Source of the DNA: Centroscyllium fabricii
Taxonomy: Eukaryota
NCBI GenBank assembly: GCA_051313645.2
Contig: JBNRSN020000089.1
Coordinates: 2,728,001 to 2,792,000 of the forward strand
Length of the DNA stretch: 64,000 nt
Direction of reading: 5' to 3'
Shown here piece by piece: positions 12,889-24,949 of this stretch (within the stretch, counting starts at the first letter, position 1; each line of letters starts with the position of its first letter). The position numbers and the translations under genes are program-made. The notes below the pieces were generated by a model. That model was not told where the DNA came from. It worked only from the letters and a program-made list of their open reading frames with translations, and ran no database searches.

Positions 12889-13296
12889 CCTTGGAAAAAA
12901 GAAGGTGGAGGGGTGACATGATTGAGGTGTACAAGATCATGAGGGGACACGATAGGGTAGACAAAGGGGCATTGTTTCCCCTGGTGGGAGAGTCAAGCAC
13001 TAGGGGACATAGATTCAAGATCAGGGGGGGGAGGTTTAGGGGGGAGGTAAGGAGAAATTTCTTTACCCAGAGGGTGGTGGAAGACTGGAACTCCCTGCCT
13101 GTGAGGGTGGTGGAGGCAGGAACCAACACAACATTTAAAAAATACTTGGACCAGCACATGAAGGACCATAACATACAGGGTTATGGGCCAGGTGCGGGCA
13201 ACTGGGGTTAGAACAGTGAGGAGTTTTTCTGGGCCGGTGCGGACTGGATGGGCCGAATGGCCCTTATCCGCACTGTAAAATTTCTATGATTCTATG
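12889..13296 (+). mobile_element. 5'-truncated CR1-clade LINE fragment (HER1-like), copy L2, 408 bp, flanked by AATG target-site duplication
   Basis: Identical to L1 by eye except for an 8-G run, which keeps the frame open; same junctions; offset 3661. Confidence 0.92.
12891..13211 (+). pseudogene. C-terminal 106 aa of a CR1 LINE ORF2 (region downstream of the RT domain); truncated, no true start codon
   Basis: LEKRRWRGDMIEVYKIM..TRGHRFKI..RRNFFTQRVVEDWNSLP..VVEA..FKKYLD matches the characteristic CR1 ORF2 tail (LExRRLRGDLIxxYKI, TRGH, FFxxRVVxxWNxLP). The 'start' is an internal TTG at the truncation point. Confidence 0.88.
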
Positions 13297-14955
13297 AATG
13301 ACCATCTTGTGTACAATACATCAGACAATGTCCATCTGTGTACAATACATCAGACAACGTCCATCTGTGAACAATACATCAGACAATGTCCATCTGTGAA
13401 CAATACATCAGACAATATCCATCTGTGTACAATACATCAGACAATATCCATCAGTGTACAATACATCAGACAATATAAATCTGTTTACAGTACATCAGAA
13501 AATGTCCATCTGTGTGCAGTACATCAGACAATATCCATCTGTGTACAATACATCAGACAATGTCCATCTGTGTACAACACATCAGACAATGTCCATCTGT
13601 GTACACTACATCAGACAATGTCCATCTGTGTACAGTACATCAGCAAATGTGCATCTGTGTAAAGTACATCAGACAATGTCCTTCTGTATATAGTACATCA
13701 GACAATGTCCATCTGTGTACAATACATCAGACACTGTCCACCTGTGTACAATACATCAGAAAATGTCCATCTGTGAACAATACATAAGACAATATCCATC
13801 TGTGTACAGTACACCAGACAATGTCCATCTTTGTACAATGCGCCAGAAAATGTCCATCTGTGAACAATACATGAGACATTATACATCTGTGAACAATACA
13901 TCAGACAATATCCATCTGTGAACAATACATCAGACAATGTCCATCTGTGTACAATACATCAGACAATGTCCATCTGTGAACAAAACATCAGACCACATCC
14001 ATCTCTGAAAAATACATCAGAGAATGTCCATCTGTGTACAATACATCAGACATTATCCATCTGTATACAATATATCAGACAATAACCATCTGTGAACAAT
14101 ACATCAGACAATGTCCATCTGTGGACAATACATCAGACAATGTCCATCTGTGTACAATACATAAGACAATGTCCATCTTGTGTACAATGCAACAGACAAT
14201 GTCCATTTGTGTACAATACATCAGACAAGGTCCATCATTGAACAATACATCAGACAATATCCATCTGTGAACAATACATCAGACAATATCCATCTGTGTA
14301 CAATACATCAGACAATGTCCATCTGTGTACAATACATCAGACATTGTCCTTCTGTGTGCAATACATCAGACAATATCCAACAGTGTACAATATATCAGAC
14401 AATGTCCATCTGTGAACAATACATCAGATAATGTCCATCTGTGTACAATACATCAGACAATTTCCATCTGTGTACAATACATCAGACAATATCCATCTGT
14501 GAACAATACATCAGATTATGTCCATCTGTGTACAATACATCAGAAAATGTCCATCTGTGAACAATCCATAAGACAATATCCATCTGTGTACAGTACATCA
14601 GACAATCTGTGACAATACATCAGATAATGTCCATCTGTGTACAATACATCAGACATTGTCCATCTGTGTACAATACATCAGACAATATCCATCTGTGTAC
14701 AATACATCAGACAATGTCCATCTTTGAACAATAAATCAGACAATATCCATCTGTGAACAATACATCAGACAATATCCATCTGTGTACAATGCAACAGACA
14801 ATGTCCATCTGTGTACAATACATCAGACAATGTCCATCTTTGAACAATACATCAGACAATATCCATCTGTGAACAATACATCAGACAATATCCATCTGTG
14901 TACAATACATCAGACAATGTCCATCTGTGTACAATACATCAGACCTTGTCCTTCT

Positions 14956-15280
14956 GTGGCATAGTGGTTAGCACTTTTGCCTCACAGCGCCAGGGACCCG
15001 GGTTCAAATCCAGCCTCAGGTGACTATCTGTGTGGAGTTTGCACATTCTCTCCGTGTCTGCGTGGGTTTCATCCGGGTGCTCCGGTTTCCTCCCACAGTC
15101 CAAAGATGTGCGGGTTATGTTGATTGGCCAGGATAAATTGACCCTTAGTGTTAGTGGGAATTAGGGGATTAGGCGGATTAAATATGTGGGGTTACGGGGA
15201 TAGGGTGGGATATGTGTCAGTGCAGGCTCGATGGACCGAAATGGCCTCTATCTGCACTGTAGTGATTCTATGATTCTATG
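14956..15280 (+). mobile_element. tRNA-derived V-SINE (HE1-like), copy S3
   Basis: Offset 13787 from S1; no difference from S1 seen by eye. Confidence 0.92.
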
Positions 15281-17375
15281 AATGTCCATCTGTGTACAAT
15301 ACATCAGATAATGTCCATCTGTGATCAAAATATCAGACAATATCCATCTCTGAAAAATACATCAGAGAATGTCCATCTGTGAACAATACATCAGACATTA
15401 TCCATCTGTGTACAATACATCAGACATTATCCATCTGTGAAAAATACATCAGAAAATGTCCACCTGTGGACAATGCATCAGACAATGTCCATCTGTGTAG
15501 AATACATAAGACAATGTCCATCTTGTGTACAATACATCAGATAGTGTCCATCTGTGTACAATACATCAGACAATGTCCAATTTTGAACAATACATCAGAC
15601 AATATCCATCTACGGACAATACATCAGACAATATCCATCTGTGTACAATACATCAGACAATGTCCATCTGTACAATACATCAGACAATGTCCATCTGTGT
15701 ACAATACATCAGAAATTATCCATCTGTGTATAATACATCAGACAATGTCCATCTGTGAACAATAAATCAGACAATATCCATCTGTGAACAACACATCAGA
15801 CAATGTCCATCTGTGTACAATACATCAGACAATATCCATCTGTGTACAATATATCAGACAATATCCATCTGTGTACAGTATATCAGAAAAATGTCCATCT
15901 GTGTACAATACATCAGACAATATCCATCTGTGTACAATACATCAGACAATGTCCATCTGTGAACAATACATCAGATAATGTCCATCTGTGTACAATACAT
16001 CAGACAATATCCATCTGTGTACAGTACATCAGACAATGTCACCTGTGTACAGTATATCAGATATTATCCATCTGTGAACAATACATCAGACAACATCCAC
16101 CTGTGTACAATACATCAGACAAATGTACATCTGTGTACAATACATCAGACAATATCCATCAGTGTACAATAAATCAGACAATGTCCATCTGTGTACAATA
16201 CATCAGACAAATGTCCAACTGCGTACAATACATCAGACAATATCCATCAGTGTACAATACATCAGACAATGTCAAACTGTGTACAATACATAAGACGTTA
16301 TCTATCTGTGTACAATACATCAGATATTATCCATCTGTGAACAATACATCAGACAATATCCATCTCTGTACAATACATCAGACAAATGTCCATCTGTGTA
16401 CAATACATCAGACAATATCCATCAGTGTACAATACATCAGACAATGTCCATCTGTGTACAATACATCAGACAATATCCATCTGTGAACAATATATCAGAA
16501 AATGTCCATCTGTGCACAACACATAAGACATTATCAATCTGTGTACAATACATCTGACATTAACCATCTGTGTAAAATACATCAGACAATATCCATCTGT
16601 GAATAATACATCAGAAAATGTCCATCAGTGTACAATACATCAGACATTATCCATCTGTGAATAACACATCAGACAATATCCGTCTGTGTACAATGCATCA
16701 GACAATGTCAATCTGTGAACAATACATCAGACAATATCCATCTGTTTAGAAAACATCAGACATTGTCCTTCTGTGTACAATACATCAGACAATATACAAC
16801 TGTGTACAATATATCAGACAATGTCCATCTGTGAACAATACATCAGATAATGTCCATCTGTGTACAATACATCAGACAATGTCCATCTGTGTACAATACA
16901 TCAGACAATATCCATCTGTGAACAATACATCAGATTATGTCCATCTGTGTACAATACATCAGAAAATGTCCATCTGTGAACAATCCATAAGACAATATCC
17001 ATCTGTGTACAGTACATCAGACAATCTGTGAGCAATACATCAGATAATGTCCATCTGTGTACAATACATCAGACAATGTCCATCTGGGTACAATACATCA
17101 GACAATATCCATCTGTGTACAATACATCAGACAATGTCCATCTTTGAACAATACATCAGACAATATCCATCTGTGAACAATACATCAGACAATATCCATC
17201 TGTGTACATTGCAACAGACAATGTCCATCTGTGTACAATACATCAGACAATGTCCATCTTTGAACAATACATCAGACAATATCCATCTGTGAACATAACA
17301 TCAGACAATATCCATCTGTGTACAATACATCAGACAATGTCCATCTGTGTACAATACATCAGACCTTATCCTTCT

Positions 17376-17700
17376 GTGGCATAGTGGTTAGCACTGTTGC
17401 CTCACTGTGCCAGGGACCCGGGTTCAAATCCAGCCTCAGGTGAGTATCTGTGTGGAGTTTGCACATTCTCTCCGTGTCTGCGTGGGTTTCCTCCGGGTGC
17501 TCCGGTTTCCTTCCACAGTCCAAAGATGTGCGGGATAGGTTGATTGGCCAGGATAAATTGACCCTTAGTGTTAGGGGTAATTAGGGGATTAGGCGGATTA
17601 AATATGTGGGGTTAAGGGGATAGGGTGGGATATGTGTCGGTGCAGGCTCGATGGGCCGAAATGGCCTCTATCTGCACTGTAGTGATTCTATGATTCTATG
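17376..17700 (+). mobile_element. tRNA-derived V-SINE (HE1-like), copy S4
   Basis: Offset 13787 from S2 and 2420 from S3; carries most S2 diagnostic variants, with about 4 differences from S2. Confidence 0.92.
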
Positions 17701-19399
17701 AATGTCCATCTGTGTACAATACATCAGATAATGTCCATCTGTGATCAAAATATCAGACAATATCCATCTCTGAAAAATACATCTGTGTACAATACATCTG
17801 TGTACAATACATCAGACATTATCCATCTGTGTACAATACATCAGACAATATCCATCTGTGAACAGTACATCAGACAATGTCCACCTGTGGACAATACATC
17901 AGACAATGTCCATCTGTGTAGAATACATAAGACAATGTCCATCTTGTGTACAATACATCAGATAGTGTCCATCTGTGTACAATGCATCAGACAATGTCCA
18001 ATTTTGAACAATACATCAGACAATATCCATCTACGGACAATACATCAGACAATATCCATCTGTGTACAATACATCAGACAATGTCCATCTGTACAATACA
18101 TCAGAAAATGTCCATCTGTGTACAATACATCAGACATTATCCATCTGTGTATAATACATCAGACAATGTCCATCTGTGAACAATAAATCAGACAATATCC
18201 ATCTGTGAACAACACATCAGACAATGTCCATCTGTGTACAATACATCAGAAATTATCCATCTGTGTACAATACATCAGACAATATCCATCTGTGTACAGT
18301 ATATCAGAAAAATGTCCATCTGTGTACAATACATCAGACAATATCCATCTGTGTACAATACATCAGACAATGTCCATCTGTGAACAATACATCAGATAAT
18401 GTCCATCTGTGTACAGTACATCAGACAATGTCACCTGTGTACAGCATATCAGATATTATCCATCTGTGAACAATACATCAGACAACATCCATCTGTGTAC
18501 AATACATCAGACAAATGTCCATCTGTGTACAATACATCAGACAATATCCATCAGTGTACAATAAATCAGACAATGTCCATCTGTGTACAATACATCAGAC
18601 AAATGTCCAACTGCGTACAATAAATCAGACAATATCCATCAGTGTACAATACATCAGACAATGTCAAACTGTGTACAATACATAAGACGTTATCTATCTG
18701 TGTACAATACATCAGATATTATCCATCTGTGAACAATACATCAGACAATATCCATCTGTGTACAATACATGAGACAAATGACCATCTGTGTACAATACAT
18801 CAGACAATATCCATCAGTGTACAATACATCAGACAATGTCCATCTGTGTACAATACATCAGACAATATCCATCTGTGAACAATATATCAGAAAATGTCCA
18901 TCTGTGCACAATACATAAGACATTATCAATCTGTGTACAATACATCAGACATTATCAATCTGTGTAAAATACATCAGACAATATCCATCTGTGAATAATA
19001 CATCAGAAAATGTCCATCAGTATACAATACATCAGACATTATCCATCTGTGAATAACACATCAGACAATATCCGTCTGTGTACAATGCATCAGACAATGT
19101 CAATCTGTGAACAATACATCAGACAATATCCATCTGTTTGGAAAACATCAGACATTGTCCATCTGTGTACAATACATCAGACATTATCCATCTGTGTACA
19201 ATACATCAGACATTGACCGTCTGTGTACAATACATCAGACAATGTCCATCTGTGAACAATACATCAGACAATGTCCATCTGTGTACAATAAATCAGACAA
19301 TGTCCATCTGTGTACAATACATCAGACAATGTCCATCTGTGTACAGTACATCAGACAATGTCACCTGTGTACAGTACATCAGATATTATCCATCTGTGA

Positions 19400-21800
19400 A
19401 CAATACATCAGACAATATCCACCTGTGTACAATACATCAGACAAATGTCCATCTGTGTACAATACATCAGAAAATATCCATAAGTGTACAATACATCAGA
19501 CAATTTCCATCTGTGTACAATACATCAGACAAATCTCCAACTGTGTACAATACATCAGACAATATCCATCAGTGTACAATCCATCAGACAATGTCCATCT
19601 GTGTACAATATATCAGACAATATCCATCTGTGAACAATATATCAGAAAATGTCCTTCTGTGCACAATATATAAGACATTATCAATCTGTGTACAATACAT
19701 CAGACATTATCCATCTGTGTAAAATATATCAGACAATATCCATCTGCGAATAATACATCAGAAAATGTCCATCTGTGCACAATACATCAGACATTATCCA
19801 TTTGTGAATAACACATCAGACATTATCCATCTGTGCACAATGCATCAGACAATGTCCATCTGTGAACAATACATCAGATAATATCCATCTGTGTAGAAAA
19901 CATCAGACATTGTCCATCTGTGTACAATACATCAGACATTATCCATCTGTGTACAACACATCAGACATTGTCCGTCTGTGTACAATACATCAGACAATGT
20001 CCATCTGTGAACAATACATCAGACAATGTCCATCTGTGTACAATAAATCAGACAATGTCCATCTGTGAACAATACATCAGACAATATCCATCTGTGTACA
20101 ATACATCAGAGAATGTCCATCTATGAACAATAAATCAGACAATGTCCATCTGTGAACAATACATCAGACAATGTCCATCTGTGTACAATACATCAGACAA
20201 TGTCCATCTGTGTACAATACATAAGACAATGTCCATCTTGTGTACAATACATCAGACAATGTCCATCTGTGTACAATACATCAGACAATGTCCATCTTTG
20301 AACAATACATCAGACAATATCCATCTGTGAACAATACATCAGACAATATCCATCTGTGTAAAATACATCAGACAATGTCCAACTGTACAATACATCAGAC
20401 AATGTCCAACTGTGTACAATACATCAGACATTATCCATCTGTGTACAATACATCAGACAATGTCCATCTGTGAAAAATAAATCATACAATATCCATCTGT
20501 GAACAACACATCAGACAATGTCCATCTGTGTACAATATATCAGACAATATCCATCTGTGTACAATACATCAGACATTATCCATCTGTATACAATACATCA
20601 GATAATGTCAATCTGTGTACAATACATCAGACAATGTCCATCTGTGTACAGTACATCAGACAATGTCACCTGTGTACAGTACATCAGATATTATCCATCT
20701 GTGTACAATACATCAGAAAATATCCATAAGTGTACAATACATCAGACAATTTCCATCTGTGTACAATATATCAGACAAATGTCCATCTGTGTACAATACA
20801 TCAGACAATATCCATCAGTGTACAATCCATCAGACAATGTCCATCTGTGTACAATACATCAGACAATATCCATCTGTGAACAATATATCAGAAAATGTCC
20901 ATTTGTGCACAATATATAAGACATTATCAATCTGTGTACAATACATCAGACATTATCCATCTGTGTAAAATATATCAGACAATATCCATCTGCGAATAAT
21001 ACATCAGAAAATGTCCATCTGTGCACAATACATCAGACATTATCCATCTGTGAATAACACATCAGACATTATCCATCTGTGCACAATGCATCAGACAATG
21101 TCCATCTGTGAACAATACGTCAGACAATATCCATCTGTGTAGAAAACATCAGACATTGTCCATCTGTGTACAATACATCAGACATTATCCATCTGTGTAC
21201 AACACATCAGACATTGTCCGTCTGTGTACAATACATCAGACAATGTCCATCTGTGAACAATACATCAGACAATGTCCATCTTTGTACAATAAATCAGACA
21301 ATGTCCATCTGTGAACAATACATCAGACAATATCCATCTGTGTACAATACATCAGAGAATGTCCATCTGTGAACAATAAATCAGACAATGTCCATCTGTG
21401 AACAATACATCAGACAATGTCCATCTGTGTACAATACTTCAGACATTGTCCATCTGTGTACAATACATAAGACAATGTCCATCTTGTGTACAATACATCA
21501 GACAATGTCCATCTGTGTACAATACATCACACAGTGTCCATCATTGAACAATACATCAGACAATATCCATCTGTGAACAATACATCAGACAATATCTATC
21601 TGTGTAAAATACATCAGACAATGTCCAACTGTACAATACATCAGACAATGTCCAACTGTGTACAATACATCAGACATTATCCATCTGTGTACAATACATC
21701 AGACAATGTCCATCTGTGAACAATAAATCAGACAATATCCATCTGTGAACAATACATCAGACAATGTCCATCTGTGTACAATATATCAGACAATATCCAT
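19400..21800 (+). repeat. ~1246-bp (43-monomer) internal tandem duplication; counterpart at approx. 5660-7900 with period 1159
   Basis: ORF offsets 19862->21108 = 1246 and 6075->7234 = 1159 (1246 minus 87). Shared variants CCATAAGTG, CTGCGAATAAT and GTAGAAAAC. Confidence 0.75.
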
Positions 21801-24800
21801 CTGTGTACAATACATCAGACAATATCCATCTGTGTACAGTATATCAGACAATGTCCATCTGTGTACAATAAATCAGACAATATCCATCTGTGTACAATAC
21901 GTCAGACAATGTCCATCTGTGAACAATAATTCAGATAATGTCCATCAGTGTACAATACATCAGACAATGTCCATCTGTGTACTGTACATCAGACAATGTC
22001 ATCTGTGTACAGTACATCAGATATTATCCATCTGTGAACAATACATCAGACAATATCCATCTGTGTACAATACATCAGACAAATGTCCATCTGTGTACAA
22101 TACATCAGAAATTATCCATAAGTGAACAATACATCAGACAATGTCCATTAGTGTACAATACATCAGACATTATCCGTCTGTGTACAATATATCAGACAAT
22201 GTCCATCTGTGAACAATACATCAGACATTATCCATCTGTGTACAACACATCAGACAATATCCATCTGTGTACAATACATCAGAAAATGTCCATCTGTGAA
22301 CAATACATAAGACATTATCCATCTGTGTACAATACATTAGATATTATCCATCTGTGAACAATATATCAGACAAAATCCATCTGTGTACAATACATCAGAC
22401 AAATGTCCATCTGTGTACAATACATCAGACAATATCCATCAGTGTACAATACATCAGACAATGTCCATCTGGGTACAATACATCAGACATTGTCCGTCTG
22501 TGTACAATACATCAGACAATGTCCATTTGGGAACAATACATCAGATAATGTCCTTTTGTGTACAATACATCAGACAATGTCTATCTGTGAACAATACATC
22601 AGACAATATCCATCTGTGTACAATACATCAGAAAATGTCCATCTGTGAACAATACATCAGACAATGTCCATCTGTGTACAGTACATCAGAAAGTATCCAT
22701 CTTTGAACAATACATCAGACAATGTCCATCTGTGTACAATACATCGGAAAGTGTCCATCTGTGAACAATCTTTAAGGCAAAATCGATCTGTGTACAGTAC
22801 ATCAGACAATGTCCATCTTTGTACAATACATCAGACAATGTCCATCTGTGAACAAAACATCAGACAATATCCATCTCTGAACAATACATCAGAAAATATC
22901 CATCTGTGTACAATACATCAGACAATATCCATCTGTGTACAATACATCAGGTATTATCCATCTGTATAAAATACATCAGAGATTATCCATCTGTGTACAA
23001 TACATCAGACAATATCCATCTGTGAACAATACATCAGACAATGTCCATCCGTGTACAATGCATCAGACAATGTCCGTCTGTGTTCAATACATAAGACAAT
23101 GACCATCTTGTGTACAATACATCAGACGATGTCCATCTGTGTACAATACATCAGACAACGTCCATCTGTGAACAATACATCAGACAATGTCCATCTGTGA
23201 ACAATACATCAGACAATATCCATCTGTGTACAATTCATCAGACAATATCCATCAGTGTACAATACATCAGACAATATAAATCTGTTTACAGTACATCAGA
23301 AAATGTCCATCTCTGTGCAGTACATCAGACAATATCCATCTGTGTACAATACATCAGACAATGTCCATCTGTGAACAACACATCAGACAATGTCCATCTG
23401 TGTACACTACATCAGACAATGTCCATCTGTGTACAGTACATCAGCAAATGTGCATCTGTGTAAAGTACATCAGACAATGTCCTTCTGTATATAGTACATC
23501 AGACAATGTCCATCTGTGTACAATACATCAGACACTGTCCACCTGTGTACAATACATCAGAAAATGTCCATCTGTGAACAATACATAAGACAATATCCAT
23601 CTGTGTACATTACACCAGACAATGTCCATCTTTGTACAATGCGCCAGAAAATGTCCATCTGTGAACAATACATGAGACATTATACATCTGTGTACAATAC
23701 ATCAGACATTATCCATCTGTGTACAATACATCAGAAAATGTCCATTTGTGAACACTACATAAGACATTATCTCTCTGTGTACAATACAACTGACATTATC
23801 CATCTGTATACAATACATCAGACGAATGTCCATATGTGTACAATATATCAGACAATATCCATCAGTGTACAATATATCAGAAAATGTCCATCTGTGCACA
23901 ATACATAAGACATTATCAATCTGTGTACAATACATCAGACATTATCCATCTGTGTAGAATACATCAGAAAATATCCGTCTGTGAATAATACATCATACAA
24001 TGTCAATCTGTGTACAATACATCAGACATTGTCCGTCTGTGTACAATACATCAGACAATGTCCATTTGTGAACAATACATCAGAAAATGTCCATTTGTGT
24101 ACAATACATCAGATTATGTCCATCTGTGAACAATACATCAGACAATATCCATCTGTGTACAATACATCAGACAATGTCCATCTGTGAACAATACATCAGA
24201 CAATGTCCATCTGTGAACAATACATCAGACATTGTCCATCTGTATACAATACATCAGACATTGTCCATCTGTGAACAATACATCAGACATTATCCATCTG
24301 TGTACAAAACATCAGACAATATCCATCTGTGATCAATACATCAGAAAATGTCCATCTGTGAACAATACGTAAGACATTATCCATCTGTGTACAATACATC
24401 AGACATTATCCATCTGTGAACAATACATCAGATAATATCCAGCTGTGTACAATACATCAGACAAATGTCCATCTGTGTAAAATACATCAGACAATATCCA
24501 TCAGTGTACAATACATCAGACAATGTCGATCTGTGTACAATACATCAGACAATATCTATCTGTGAACAATATATCAGAAAATGTCCATCTGTGCACAATA
24601 CATAAGACATTATCAATCTGACTACAATACATCAGACATTATCCATCTGTGTAGAATACATCAGACAATATCCATCTGTGAATAATACATCAGACAATGA
24701 CCATCTTGTGTACAATACATCAGACAATGTACATCTGTGTACAATGCATCAGACAACGTCCATCTGTGAACAATACATCAGAAAATATCCATCTGTGAAC

Positions 24801-24949
24801 AATACATCAGACAATATCCATCTGTGTACAATACATCAGACAATGTCCATCTGTAAAATATATCAGACAATGTCCATTAGTGTACAATACATCAGACATT
24901 ATCCATCTGTGTACAATACATCAGACAATGTCCATCTGTGAACAATAAA

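Larger units (their letters stand above)
6290..13550 (+). repeat. ~3.66-kb tandem duplication carrying the LINE (copy A approx. 6290-9866, copy B approx. 9867-13550)
   Basis: Offsets 6625->10286 and 9228->12889 are both 3661. Junction near 9870-9895, where post-LINE sequence switches to the GAGAATGTCCATCTATGAAC block also seen at 6322. Copy A lacks 3 monomers (87 bp) near 6490. Confidence 0.88.
1..23690 (+). repeat. Macro-repeat domain: 9801-bp unit (13788-23588) and an expanded 13787-bp copy (1-13787)
   Basis: Offsets 247->14034 and 6133->19920 (13787), 10286->20499 (10213), 13715->23516 (9801). The arithmetic closes: 13787 = 9801 + 412 (LINE + TSD) + 3574 (internal duplicate). Confidence 0.9.

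Noticed and set aside
12821-13174. Minus-strand ORFs over the LINE (also 9160-9357 and 9332-9514)
   Set aside because: Antisense shadows of the CR1 ORF2 fragment, two of which run into satellite.
1169-17700. Six independent insertions forming a retrotransposition hotspot
   Set aside because: Matching junctions and shared flanking variants show two events amplified by tandem duplication.
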